A DNA stretch of 56,369 nucleotides from Eubacteriales bacterium (GTDB lineage: Bacteria; Bacillota; Clostridia; Christensenellales; CAG-314), in the NCBI GenBank assembly GCA_035446985.1, contig DAOTGG010000003.1, positions 1 to 56,369 of the forward strand, read 5' to 3'. Position 1 is the stretch's first letter, and each line of letters starts with the position of its first letter. Made by a program: the position numbers and the translations under genes. A model generated the notes under the pieces. It was given only the letters and a program-made list of their open reading frames with translations. It searched no databases and was not told the origin of the DNA. Of the stretch, positions 28,959 through 38,236 are shown in pieces.

Positions 28959-30521
28959 TTATTTTGCCTCCTTTTTCAACATAATTTCAATAAAAGGATT
29001 GAAATAAAAATCGGATTTTACTATTACTCCGTTTAAGCCTTTTCCGCCGTCTTGAGGACGTTTGATGTCTGCAAACACGCCGCGTTCAAGCGAATTAAAC
29101 AGTTTGTATTTTTCGATGTCTTGTAATAGGTCTGCCGCTTTCGTCAAAACTTCGTTCGCGCGTTTTTGCATAAATCCGCCTTTTTTAAACTCTATCTCTT
29201 CGCCAAAGTCCGCCATAGTGTTGAAAATATATTGAGCGTTTTCGATAGAAAGAGCGCGGTCGGACATAAAGGGGGTGTGGATAGCTTCCGTAAGCATACC
29301 TAGAAGGTGGATTTTTTGATTAGTGGTGATTGTTACCACGTTAAAAAGCGCGTCTTGAATATGTCCGCGGAAAATATTGCCCGTCATATATTTGGTCGGA
29401 GGCATATATTTGAGCGGCGCATTAGGGAAAATTTCTCTTGCCATTTGCGCTTGGGCAAGCTCCATCAAAAATCCGTTTTTCACTTCGGGATTGATTTCAA
29501 AAGCGTGACCGAGCCCCATTTGTTCTTCGGGTAGCCCCGCGAGCAAAGCGAACTGCTCGTTGAGTAGCTGCGACGCAAGCACGGTGTGAGCTTCTTCCAC
29601 AGCGTCGGCCGTGGTAAGATAGTTGTCCTCGCCCGTATTGATAATGACGCCAGCGTACGCGTTAATTGCTCTGGAAAAATACTGGTCTATCATCGTGCGT
29701 TTCATATTGATGTCTCTAAACAGTATTCCATACAACGCGTCGTTAAGCATAACGTCAAGTCTTTCCAATGCGCCCATAGCCGCGATTTCGGGCATACATA
29801 ATCCCGAACAATAATTGCAAAGGCGAATATAGCGTTTTTGTTTCGCGCCCACTTCGTCCAAAGCCGCACGCATAAGACGGAAGTTTTCCTGCGTAGCGTA
29901 TGTGCCGCCAAAACCTTCGGTGGTAGCGCCGTAGGGAACATAGTCCAATAAACTTTGTCCCGTCGTGCGTATAACCGCGATTACGTCCGCGCCTTGGGAA
30001 GCCGCAGCTTTGGCTTGAGTAATATCTTCGTAGATGTTACCCGTCGCCACGATTAAGTATAGATAAGGTCCTTTCTTTTCACCGTATTCGAGCAAAAAGT
30101 CGTTACGCTTGTTAACGTTTTCTTTTATGCGTTTAGCGGTATCGTTCGCCACAGCAAAAATCTTTTTGCGGATTTCGTTAATATTGTGGATTTTGATTTT
30201 TGTCAAATCCATTTCGCCGCTGTCGATACGTTTCGCTATTTCGTCGGGGGTAAGACCGTCGTATTCCGCCATTGCGTTGCCGATGTAATAAGCCGCGCCG
30301 TTACCAAGACAATTTTTTGCAGCAAGGTGGTCGACTACTACGTTCGGCATCGGCACGTCGTATTTGTTTACTCCGTCAATGCCGAGTAGTCGGCAAACCG
30401 CTCTTTCCACGGTGACGGTGGTATGCAAATCGATATAGTTTTGCGTGTCAAGCGCAATGCGTTTTGCGGAATTTCGAGCTTTATCTACAAGTTTTTGATT
30501 TAAGTTAAGTTTGCTTTTCAT
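28959..30521 (-). CDS. kamD: beta-lysine 5,6-aminomutase alpha subunit
   Basis: It matches remembered KamD strongly (HTTVTVERAVCRLLGIDGV, VIRTTGQSLLDYVPYGATTEGFGGTYATQENFRLMR, YCSGLCMPEIAAMG). Confidence 0.92.
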   Translation of the reverse strand: MKSKLNLNQKLVDKARNSAKRIALDTQNYIDLHTTVTVERAVCRLLGIDGVNKYDVPMPNVVVDHLAAKNCLGNGAAYYIGNAMAEYDGLTPDEIAKRIDSGEMDLTKIKIHNINEIRKKIFAVANDTAKRIKENVNKRNDFLLEYGEKKGPYLYLIVATGNIYEDITQAKAAASQGADVIAVIRTTGQSLLDYVPYGATTEGFGGTYATQENFRLMRAALDEVGAKQKRYIRLCNYCSGLCMPEIAAMGALERLDVMLNDALYGILFRDINMKRTMIDQYFSRAINAYAGVIINTGEDNYLTTADAVEEAHTVLASQLLNEQFALLAGLPEEQMGLGHAFEINPEVKNGFLMELAQAQMAREIFPNAPLKYMPPTKYMTGNIFRGHIQDALFNVVTITTNQKIHLLGMLTEAIHTPFMSDRALSIENAQYIFNTMADFGEEIEFKKGGFMQKRANEVLTKAADLLQDIEKYKLFNSLERGVFADIKRPQDGGKGLNGVIVKSDFYFNPFIEIMLKKEAK

Positions 30522-30530
30522 ATTTTTTCC

Positions 30531-31778
30531 TTAGTGATTGCCGCGTTTGTTTCTTTCAAGTCCGCTTGGCTCAAGCGAAAGTTTTTGTCCTTGTTCGAGT
30601 CCCGCGACACCGATAAGTTTTTCTTTATTGCCACGACATTCTTCGCAATGACAGTCGTTAACGTAATCCGTCGGTTGCGTGTAAGTGGTGATAACGCCTT
30701 CAAAGTTTCTGAGTATTACTCTTTCGGGACTTTCCGAAATAAGATAAGTAGGCATCAAAGGTATTTTACCGCCGCCGCCTGGCGCGTCTACAACGAAAGT
30801 AGGTACGGCAAAGCCCGACGTATGTCCGCGCAATCCTTCGATTATTTCAATACCTTTTGAAACGGGAGTGCGGAAATGTTCCAATCCCATTGACAAATCG
30901 CATTGATAAATGTAATAAGGACGCACGCGGATTTTTACTAACTCGTGAACGAGTTTTTTCATAACAAATACGCAGTCGTTAATGCCCGCGAGTAACACGC
31001 TTTGGTTTCCCAAAGGAATGCCCGCATCCGCCAGTCTGGCGCAAGCTGCTGCCGATTCTTCGGTAATTTCGTTGGGGTGGTTAAAGTGCGTGTTCAGCCA
31101 TATTGGATGATATTTTTTCAGCATATTGCATAACTCAGGCGTGATACGCTGAGGCGCGACCACGGGGGTGCGGCTGCCGATACGGATAATCTCAACGTGA
31201 GGGATAGCGCGCAAACGGCTGATTATACTTTCGAGTTTGTCATCCGAAAGCATAAGCGGATCGCCGCCCGAAAGCAGCACGTCGCGTACTTCGGGGTGTT
31301 TTGAAATATATTCGATACATGCGTCGACTTGACTGTCAGCTACCGCGCTGTCGGTTTGTCCAGCAAATCTTCTGCGGGTGCAATGACGGCAGTACATCGA
31401 GCATTGATCTGTCAGTAAGAACAAAACTCTGTCGGGGTAGCGGTGAGTAAGTCCTTTTACTGGCGAATCCGTGTCCTCGTGAAGCGGATCAAGTAAGTCT
31501 GCCGAAGACTTATGAAGCTCGTTAGCCGTGGGGATACATTGTCTGCGAACAGGGTCAAAGGGGTCAGATAGGTCGATAAGCGAAAGATAATAAGGCGTTA
31601 TCGCCATACGCAAAGCCCTTAAACATTGTTTTACGCCGTCTTCTTCGCTAGGGGTAAGTTTTACGTATTTTTTTAAGTCTTCCAATGTTTCGACGCGGTT
31701 GCGGACTTGCCATTGCCAATCGTTCCATTCATTTTCGGGAACATTGGCAAAAAGTCCGTTCGCTCTGCTTTTATTCAT
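30531..31778 (-). CDS. kamA: lysine 2,3-aminomutase (radical SAM)
   Basis: The radical-SAM motif CSMYCRHCTRR is present, along with WQWQVRNR and PYYIYQCDLSMGLEHFRTP, as in C. subterminale KamA. Confidence 0.93.
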   Translation of the reverse strand: MNKSRANGLFANVPENEWNDWQWQVRNRVETLEDLKKYVKLTPSEEDGVKQCLRALRMAITPYYLSLIDLSDPFDPVRRQCIPTANELHKSSADLLDPLHEDTDSPVKGLTHRYPDRVLFLLTDQCSMYCRHCTRRRFAGQTDSAVADSQVDACIEYISKHPEVRDVLLSGGDPLMLSDDKLESIISRLRAIPHVEIIRIGSRTPVVAPQRITPELCNMLKKYHPIWLNTHFNHPNEITEESAAACARLADAGIPLGNQSVLLAGINDCVFVMKKLVHELVKIRVRPYYIYQCDLSMGLEHFRTPVSKGIEIIEGLRGHTSGFAVPTFVVDAPGGGGKIPLMPTYLISESPERVILRNFEGVITTYTQPTDYVNDCHCEECRGNKEKLIGVAGLEQGQKLSLEPSGLERNKRGNH

Positions 31779-31806
31779 TGTGAACTCCTTTTGTTTTAAG
31801 ATTTTT

Positions 31807-32847
31807 TTAGCAATAGGTTTTTGCGAAAAGTTCGCGAATTTGCTTATTTTCGCGAAGTTCGTTCAAAGTGATTTCAGCGTGGTTTTTGGTGTAACCGTTG
31901 CCGATAATCATAGTAACGTCTTTGCCGATACCTTCCGCGCCCAAAGCCGCTTTTGTAAAGCTGGTTGCCATTGAGAAGAAGTATACGATACCGTCGTCGC
32001 GAACAGGCAAAATCGTGCTCATTTCAGCGTTGGGAATGTTTACGCAGTTGATTGCTATATCGTATTCTTTTCCGCCGTTTGCAGCCAAAGATTTTTCAAG
32101 TACTTCGATAGGTTTCGTTGCGTCAGCGATAATAACTTCGTCGCAAAGATTAAGTTCGCGGAGCTTTTTAGCGGATTCTTCACGTGAAGCGATACCTACT
32201 ACGCGACCGTTTTTGCCAGCTTGCTTTTTAGCTTCGTAGCATACGAGTATTCCGCTCTTGCCTGACGCGCCAAGCACCAAAACGGAATTGTCTTTTTTGA
32301 CAAGGTTAGCCGCTTGAGCGGGAGCTCCAGCAACGTCGAGCGCAGCCAAAGCCAAACTTTCGGGCATATCGTCGGGAAGTTTTGCGTAAATGCCGCTTTC
32401 GTATAAAACAGCCTTAGCCACAACGTCTACTCTTTCGATAGCTTTGTGAATAGCTGTGATTTTTTCGATTTTTAACGGGGTTAATGAAAGTGAAACCAAT
32501 GACGCGATTTTGTCGCCGACTTTGAGGTCACGGTCTTTTAAGTCTTCGCCTATATGTGCGACTTTGCCGATAAGCATTCCGCCGCTTCCTGTAACGGGGT
32601 TTTGCATTTTGCCGCGTTCGTTAACGATAGACATAATTTTAGCTGCGATTTTTTGTTCGTCGCCGTTTGCTTCGGATTTGAGTTGTGTGAAAGATGCTGA
32701 GTCTATATTCAACGAGATAACGTCTACTACGATTTCGTTAGAATAAAATTTGCTCATATCGTTGCTGATTTTTTGCGCCGCTTGGGGCATAGCTCCTTGC
32801 GGTTCGATAACTCTGTGAGTACCGTATTTATTGCCTTTGATTTCCAT
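31807..32847 (-). CDS. kdd: L-erythro-3,5-diaminohexanoate dehydrogenase
   Basis: The 346-aa protein has a Rossmann segment (VLVLGASGKSG) and the N-terminus YGTHRVIEPQGAMPQAA. It sits between kce and kamA, as in known lysine fermentation clusters. Confidence 0.75.
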   Translation of the reverse strand: MEIKGNKYGTHRVIEPQGAMPQAAQKISNDMSKFYSNEIVVDVISLNIDSASFTQLKSEANGDEQKIAAKIMSIVNERGKMQNPVTGSGGMLIGKVAHIGEDLKDRDLKVGDKIASLVSLSLTPLKIEKITAIHKAIERVDVVAKAVLYESGIYAKLPDDMPESLALAALDVAGAPAQAANLVKKDNSVLVLGASGKSGILVCYEAKKQAGKNGRVVGIASREESAKKLRELNLCDEVIIADATKPIEVLEKSLAANGGKEYDIAINCVNIPNAEMSTILPVRDDGIVYFFSMATSFTKAALGAEGIGKDVTMIIGNGYTKNHAEITLNELRENKQIRELFAKTYC

Positions 32848-32880
32848 TGTTATTTTCTCCTTATGTTTTTATATAAATTT

Positions 32881-33702
32881 TTATTTTTTTAATCCTAATA
32901 TTTGTCTTGCTTCGTCGGGTGTAGCTATTTCACGACCGAGCAGTTTTGCGAGTTCAACCGTTTTTGCCACGAGTTCGGCGTTGCTTTTGGCAACTACGCC
33001 TTTAGATAAATATACGTTATCTTCAAAACCGACTCTGACGTGTCCGCCCATAACGATAGAAGTCGCCGCCATTTGGAACTGCGCTCTACCCACGCCCGAA
33101 ACTGTGTATGTGCTTCCGCCGGGTATGCTGCCTTGCATAAACACAAGGTCTCTCGGCGTTGCGGAAATACCGCCGTTAACGCCCATAACAAAATTGAAGT
33201 GCATCGGCGAAGGAATGATACCTTTTTTGTTCAAGCGAACAGCCATATCTATCATACCTTTATCAAAAACTTCGATTTCGGGTTTGATGCCCAAGGGAAC
33301 CATTTTTTGAGCGAATTCAATAATAGTATTTTCCGTGTTGACAAAAATATCGTCTCCGCCAAAGTTGCAGGTGCCGCAGTCTAACGTCGCCATTTCGGGG
33401 TTTAAGGTTACGGGTTGCAAACGTTCTTCATTGGTCATTCCGACCGCTCCGCCTGTGCTGGGTTGAACGATAACTTCGGGACAACGGGCTTTAATAGCCT
33501 TAATGCACGCGTCAAAACGTTTTGCGCTTTGAGTGGGAGTGCCGTCGTCTTCTCTTACGTGAAGGTGAATAATACTTGCGCCTGCCTTATAAGCTCCGTA
33601 CGCTTGTTCCGCGATTTCATCAACGGTATAAGGAACGGCGGGGTTATGTTCTTTTGTTACTTCCGCTCCGCAAATAGCGGCGGTAATAATAAGTTTTTCC
33701 AT
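32881..33702 (-). CDS. kce: 3-keto-5-aminohexanoate cleavage enzyme (BKACE/DUF849)
   Basis: The DUF849-type N-terminus KLIITAAICGAEVTKEHNPAVPYT and the HLHVRED motif are present. The size is 273 aa. Confidence 0.8.
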   Translation of the reverse strand: MEKLIITAAICGAEVTKEHNPAVPYTVDEIAEQAYGAYKAGASIIHLHVREDDGTPTQSAKRFDACIKAIKARCPEVIVQPSTGGAVGMTNEERLQPVTLNPEMATLDCGTCNFGGDDIFVNTENTIIEFAQKMVPLGIKPEIEVFDKGMIDMAVRLNKKGIIPSPMHFNFVMGVNGGISATPRDLVFMQGSIPGGSTYTVSGVGRAQFQMAATSIVMGGHVRVGFEDNVYLSKGVVAKSNAELVAKTVELAKLLGREIATPDEARQILGLKK

Positions 33703-33714
33703 TATTTTACCCCT

Positions 33715-34098
33715 TTACTTATTACGTTGTTTGTCAAGCGGAACAACGCAGGTGCCGCTTGCTTTACAAACGATAATGGGTTCGGGCAAAACGTCGCACG
33801 CGCTGTCGTTAAGGTCGGGACGCGGAGCGATAACTTTTTTCGCCACGAAAGTCATTTTGCGTGAAGTTTTGCCTTCGGAAACGATTTCGCCCGACGCTTC
33901 GATGTAGTCGCCCGCAAATACGGGAGCCAAAAATTCCACATTATCATACGCGCGGAAAAGTCCTTCGTCTCCATCGCGTAAAATCAACAGTTCGGTCGCA
34001 ACGTCTCCAAACAGTTGCAACATTCTCGCGCCGTCAACCAAGTTTCCGCCGTAATGCGCATCATGCGCGCTCATTCTCAAACGGATAGTCGATTTCAT
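33715..34098 (-). CDS. kal: 3-aminobutyryl-CoA ammonia-lyase (hotdog fold)
   Basis: The protein is 127 aa with a hotdog-like sequence. It is the first gene of the kal-kce-kdd-kamADE order. A GGAGG RBS is present. Confidence 0.65.
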   Translation of the reverse strand: MKSTIRLRMSAHDAHYGGNLVDGARMLQLFGDVATELLILRDGDEGLFRAYDNVEFLAPVFAGDYIEASGEIVSEGKTSRKMTFVAKKVIAPRPDLNDSACDVLPEPIIVCKASGTCVVPLDKQRNK

Positions 34099-34121
34099 TT
34101 ATTTACCTCCAAAAATATATT

Positions 34122-34164
34122 AAAAAAAATTAAAAAAACGCCGTTAAAAACACAACGTTTTTAA
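34122..34164 (-). terminator. terminator-like expression platform of the L-box
   Basis: On the minus strand, AAAAACGUUG-UGUUUUUAA-CGGCGUUUUU is followed by UUAAUUUUUUUU. It lies directly 3' of the aptamer and about 25 nt before the kal RBS. Confidence 0.5.
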
Positions 34165-34352
34165 TAGCGCTTCATTTATCGATTTGTTTTATCGCAAAAT
34201 GACAGTAGCAAAGGACTGGTCTTTGCTCCCAAGACAAAAGCCGATTTAGCTTAGGTTTTTGTCTTTCGGCGGCGAGCATATTCGGGTCGGTTAAAAATAC
34301 GAACGCTAACATTCCTAAACACGGTCCTACCTTACTCTCCGCTACCTCTATT
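34163..34352 (-). promoter_or_regulatory. lysine riboswitch (L-box) aptamer
   Basis: The minus strand reads AAUAGAGGUAGCGGAGAGUAAGG ... CGCCGCCGAAAGACAAAA ... UUUUGUCUUGGGAGCAAAGACCAGUCCUUUGCUACUGUCAU ... CGCUAUU. This parallels the B. subtilis lysC leader (AUAGAGGUGCG, AGAGUA, CGCCGAAG, CUGUCA). P3 (GACAAAA/UUUUGUC) and P4 (GCAAAG/CUUUGC) stems are visible. Confidence 0.8.
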
Positions 34353-34375
34353 TTTATTAAATTTTTCTAAAAATC

Positions 34376-34404
34376 ATTATACCAAAACGCCGATTTTTTG
34401 TCAA
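34376..34404 (-). promoter_or_regulatory. consensus promoter driving the L-box and kal operon
   Basis: On the minus strand: TTGACA (34404-34399), a 17-nt spacer, then an extended -10 TGGTATAAT (34384-34376). The -35 element overlaps the stop codon of the upstream MutS-like gene. Confidence 0.65.
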
Positions 34405-35849
34405 TGGTCGATTTTGATTTTGTCCAAAATTTCGCGGTCTAGTCCGAGCGCCACACATATAGAAAAAGCTTCTTTCGGGGCGTAACTGGTCAAAGGAACT
34501 TCTTTTAGACCGTAATTCATTTTCTTCGCCAAATACTGTATATTCTCATCTATATTTTTTGACGGAATATAGTTTTCGTCAAGGTTTTGCAATCCCAATA
34601 CCTGATAGTGTTTGTTTGCGTATTTTGCCACGCCGTCGTAATGCGTGGTCAATACAGATATACTGTCTTTACCGTTTAATGCCTGAGCCGTCGCGGCAAA
34701 AATCTCCTGACCTTCCAGGGCGTTGGTGCCTTTTGCCAGTTCGTCGATTATTATTAGCCCGAACTCCGTTTTGGTTTTTTGATACGTTTCGTTAAGCCGC
34801 GCGATTTCGCCGCCGAACGAGGAAAGCCCCCTGTCGGTTCGCTCGGTATCGGTTACCGCAAGCGCGCAAAAATCGAATAACGGCATAGAAAGTTTTTGCG
34901 CGAAAACAAAAAATCCCATCTGCGCAAGTAAAATATTTAACGCGAGCGTTTTTAGAGCGACGCTTTTTCCGCCCATATTTGCGCCCGTGATTACCGTTGC
35001 GCCGCTTTCTACCGAAAAAGAAATAGGCGTAAATTCCGCGTTTCTTTCCTTGAGGTTTTCAGCAATCATGGGATTAAAAACATTTTTTGCCGTGATTTTT
35101 TTATGCGTAATTATATCGGGCATAATGGCGCCGTATTTTTTTGCGAGTTTGGCTTTTGCGATAATTAAATCCAAGTTTGCGATAGCGTCGGCGTTTTGCC
35201 GCATTTGTTCCGCGTAAGGACTAAGGTTAGCGGACATAACCGCGCGCAAACGGTTTTCTTCGGCTTCCTCCTGTTTTGCTAATTCCGTGTGCTTTTCGAC
35301 GAGCGAATTAGCGGCGTTTTTTGCCGTAACGGAAAGCTGCTGCTCGATTTTTGTTTTCGATTGTCTTAGTTCGCTCAGTTTTGACGAAAGACTAGACGGA
35401 ACATAAAAAGTAGCTATGCGGTTTTTTTCAGGGTCGACAATATTTAAAGCTTTGGTTAAATCGGAAAAATTTATATCCGTAAAGTTCGCCGTTTTGTTTA
35501 TTTTGTCAAATGTCTTTTTGATTTTGATTAACAACAGCAAATATATTTTAATTTCAAAAAGCTCAACGTCGTCAAGAGCGGACGAAGCGCACTTGGTAAT
35601 CGTTTTTATAATATTATTCGCGCAAGACAAAGTGTGAGTAAGCTCGGCGTACTCGTTTTCAAACTTTTCCAAAGTATCGCAGGCTTTTTGAATGTTATTG
35701 AGTTCGATATCAAGTTCTTTTAATTGGGCTGGCAAATAAAAGCCGAGTTTCTTTGCTTTTTCTATTCCGTAAGCGGAAACGGGACAAAGATTGTCCAAAA
35801 TGAATTTCAGCCCAACCGCCTTTTTTTGTTCGTACGTGACGTTATTCAT
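34401..35849 (-). CDS. MutS-domain-V ABC-type ATPase without mismatch-binding or Smr domains (candidate lysine aminomutase reactivase ATPase)
   Basis: Walker A GANMGGKSVALKT, Walker B IIIDELAKGTN and the MutS-type LTTHY motif are present. The N-terminal half is coiled-coil-like and has no MutS domain I. Confidence 0.7.
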   Translation of the reverse strand: MNNVTYEQKKAVGLKFILDNLCPVSAYGIEKAKKLGFYLPAQLKELDIELNNIQKACDTLEKFENEYAELTHTLSCANNIIKTITKCASSALDDVELFEIKIYLLLLIKIKKTFDKINKTANFTDINFSDLTKALNIVDPEKNRIATFYVPSSLSSKLSELRQSKTKIEQQLSVTAKNAANSLVEKHTELAKQEEAEENRLRAVMSANLSPYAEQMRQNADAIANLDLIIAKAKLAKKYGAIMPDIITHKKITAKNVFNPMIAENLKERNAEFTPISFSVESGATVITGANMGGKSVALKTLALNILLAQMGFFVFAQKLSMPLFDFCALAVTDTERTDRGLSSFGGEIARLNETYQKTKTEFGLIIIDELAKGTNALEGQEIFAATAQALNGKDSISVLTTHYDGVAKYANKHYQVLGLQNLDENYIPSKNIDENIQYLAKKMNYGLKEVPLTSYAPKEAFSICVALGLDREILDKIKIDH

Positions 35850-36822
35850 AATCTTTCTCCACGTTAAATACCGGTATTGCGACGAGATTTTGTATTTTTG
35901 TAATATATTCTTCGGCGTTATATAAATACCCGTAAGCCGAAACGGGATTGACTGTCACGGCGACGAGATTCACGTCGGATATAACACGCAGAATCGCGCC
36001 CCTTTGGGTAAACGCGTCGTAATATTTTTCCGTCAAAAAAATCGCGCTGCTGTCGTTCACCACAAAAACAACGCCTTCTATATCGATATTTTTAGTAATG
36101 AACGTTTTGATTATTCCGTCTGTGAGTCCGCCGTTAACATATACGGTTTTGGGTTTGGTTTTGCTTATTTCGGTCGTGTCGTCGCTTTCGGTCTTTTGAC
36201 CGTCAGCGTAGTAAAAAACATAAGTTTTGCTGCTTTTTGTAAAAATACCTTTTTCGACAGGCAAAGAAAGCATTTTTACCGCGAAAGCCGTATCGGCTAC
36301 CGTTTCGTCAATATCTAATGAATACGACGCTCCACTTGAAAGAATAGTCGCGTCGGAAACAGCGGTCGAGCAAAGCGAACGACGCGAGAGCGCGCCGTCT
36401 ATGAGTATTTTATTTGCGCCGAATTTTTTAAACAATTGATTAACGGTTTTTAACTGTTCTATTATCGACGGTCCCGCTATTTGAATGTACCCCGAGCTAA
36501 GCGTGCGTATTATTATTATTTCTCCAAGCGGAGTAGGAATACCCGTGGAATGAAGTATTTCCACCGTCGCGGTGCAAAAAGGCAGCAGTTTTTTCGCAGT
36601 TGCCGCCAACGTGCCTTTCGGAACGAAAATTTCGGGTTTTGGAGTGATTGTCAAAACGTCGGTGGACTCGCCGTCACGTCCGACAGAAGTAATTGCCAAT
36701 ATCATTTTGCGCTCGCTTAACTCGCCTATAAGTTTATTTAAAACGGTGGTTTTGCCAGCATTTTTGCTCATTCCGATAATGGAAACGGAATAATATTTAT
36801 TGATTAGCTCGCTTAATTTCAT
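35842..36822 (-). CDS. P-loop NTPase-like protein (hypothetical), translationally coupled to the MutS-like ATPase
   Basis: A Walker A-like motif (IIGMSKNAGKTT) lies near the N-terminus. The gene overlaps the downstream gene by 8 nt. An AAGGA RBS is present. Confidence 0.6.
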   Translation of the reverse strand: MKLSELINKYYSVSIIGMSKNAGKTTVLNKLIGELSERKMILAITSVGRDGESTDVLTITPKPEIFVPKGTLAATAKKLLPFCTATVEILHSTGIPTPLGEIIIIRTLSSGYIQIAGPSIIEQLKTVNQLFKKFGANKILIDGALSRRSLCSTAVSDATILSSGASYSLDIDETVADTAFAVKMLSLPVEKGIFTKSSKTYVFYYADGQKTESDDTTEISKTKPKTVYVNGGLTDGIIKTFITKNIDIEGVVFVVNDSSAIFLTEKYYDAFTQRGAILRVISDVNLVAVTVNPVSAYGYLYNAEEYITKIQNLVAIPVFNVEKDYE

Positions 36823-36840
36823 TATTTTTTCCTTATGCTA

Positions 36841-36869
36841 ACTATATAATTATTCGTGCTAAAAGTCAA
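36841..36869 (-). promoter_or_regulatory. candidate promoter for the P-loop/MutS-like pair
   Basis: On the minus strand: TTGACT (36869-36864), a 17-nt spacer, then TATAGT (36846-36841). Confidence 0.45.
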
Positions 36870-36928
36870 TATGGATTTTGATAGGCAGATGAAAAGTGTT
36901 AAAGCGGGAAAATAAAAGTGTAAGCGCA

Positions 36929-36958
36929 TTGACATAAATACTTTGAAAAGGTTATAAT
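36929..36958 (+). promoter_or_regulatory. candidate promoter for the UPF0104-rfb operon
   Basis: TTGACA (36929-36934), an 18-nt spacer, then TATAAT (36953-36958). The AAGGAG RBS lies at 36966-36971. Confidence 0.5.
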
Positions 36959-36976
36959 CAAGCTTAAGGAGATTTT

Positions 36977-38236
36977 ATGAGCGAAAAACCCGAAAAACAA
37001 TCCGAAGGAAAAAACGAAGAAAAAACAGTCGAAAATGTCGAGAAAAAAAGTAAAGATATTTTGATTGTTATAGAAGAGCGCAAAAAAAGGGCGGAGAATC
37101 TTGTCGCGGATGAAACCGCTACGGTAGAGACTCCAAAGATATTAACGCAAAGCAAAAAACGGACTGTTTTGAGCATGGTTTTTTTGCTTGTCATTTGCGC
37201 TGTAAGCATAATTATAATGATAGTTTTGGGAAGTTCGCTTTCCGAAGGCTCGGCAAAATCGCTGCAGGAAATTTTTTCCGAAATGGAAACAAAATATTTC
37301 TTGTTCGCTTTGGTTGTGCTTTTTTTAATGCTGATTTTGGACGCGTCAAAATTCTTCCTTATCGGTAAAGTCGCGGTAGGAAAAGCGCGCGCTTTGCCAA
37401 GCTTAAAAGTTTCTCTCTTAGGAAAATATTACGACAACATTACGCCATTTAGTACGGGCGGACAAGCGTTTCAAATATATTATCTTAATAAAAAAGGTTA
37501 TTCGGCGGGGCAGGCAAGCGCGATTACGATGATAAAATATTTTGCCCAAATGTTCGCTTGGCTACTGGTGAGCGTACTGCTTATGTCGCTATGCAATAAC
37601 GCGCTCGACGGACTGAACGCAAACTTGGCCACCACGTTAAGAGTAGGCGCGTGGACGGGTTTTGCATTTAATGCCTTTTTGCCGTTGACTTTGATTTTGT
37701 TTGTAATTTTACCAAAGTTCGCCAATATTATTACTGCAAAACTGGTATCGTTTTTACACAAAATAAAAATAATTAAAGATAAAGAAAAAATAATGGGAAA
37801 AGCGCAAAAAACGGTAAAAGACTTTAAAAAGTGCTTTTTCATTATGTCAAATAGACCGCTATATTTTATTTTGCTGATTTTCATTTGCTTTTTCGAGCCT
37901 ATCGTTACGCTGAGTTTCCCTTACTTTTTGGTTTTGGCTTTTGCAAAACTCGCGCCGAGCTGGGATTTGCTCATAAACGTAATGGCTCTTAATATATTCG
38001 CTAGTTACGCCGTAGCCATTATTCCCACGCCGGGCAACAGCGGCTTTGTCGAAACAACGTTTACTTTGGCGTTTTCGTCGATAGCCGCAAGCGTGCTTTT
38101 CGGCGTGACATTTACTTGGAGATTTTTGACTTATTATATTTATATCATAATAGGTTTGTGCATAACTGTTTTTGAAATTATCCGCAAATTCGTCCGCGCG
38201 AAAAGACAAGAAAAAGCGCTAGGGGAGAAAAAATGA
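36977..38236 (+). CDS. UPF0104 / LPG-synthase-TM (flippase-like) membrane protein with a Lys/Glu-rich N-terminal extension
   Basis: ITPFSTGGQAFQIYYL and IIPTPGNSGFVETTF are typical of the MprF-flippase-like domain. There are multiple TM segments. The first 60 or so residues are highly charged. Confidence 0.75.
   Translation: MSEKPEKQSEGKNEEKTVENVEKKSKDILIVIEERKKRAENLVADETATVETPKILTQSKKRTVLSMVFLLVICAVSIIIMIVLGSSLSEGSAKSLQEIFSEMETKYFLFALVVLFLMLILDASKFFLIGKVAVGKARALPSLKVSLLGKYYDNITPFSTGGQAFQIYYLNKKGYSAGQASAITMIKYFAQMFAWLLVSVLLMSLCNNALDGLNANLATTLRVGAWTGFAFNAFLPLTLILFVILPKFANIITAKLVSFLHKIKIIKDKEKIMGKAQKTVKDFKKCFFIMSNRPLYFILLIFICFFEPIVTLSFPYFLVLAFAKLAPSWDLLINVMALNIFASYAVAIIPTPGNSGFVETTFTLAFSSIAASVLFGVTFTWRFLTYYIYIIIGLCITVFEIIRKFVRAKRQEKALGEKK

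Noticed and set aside
32831-33864. Plus-strand ORFs (159, 114 and 149 aa) opposite kce and kdd.
   Set aside because: They are antisense shadows of clearly identified lysine-pathway genes, with no RBS or promoter.
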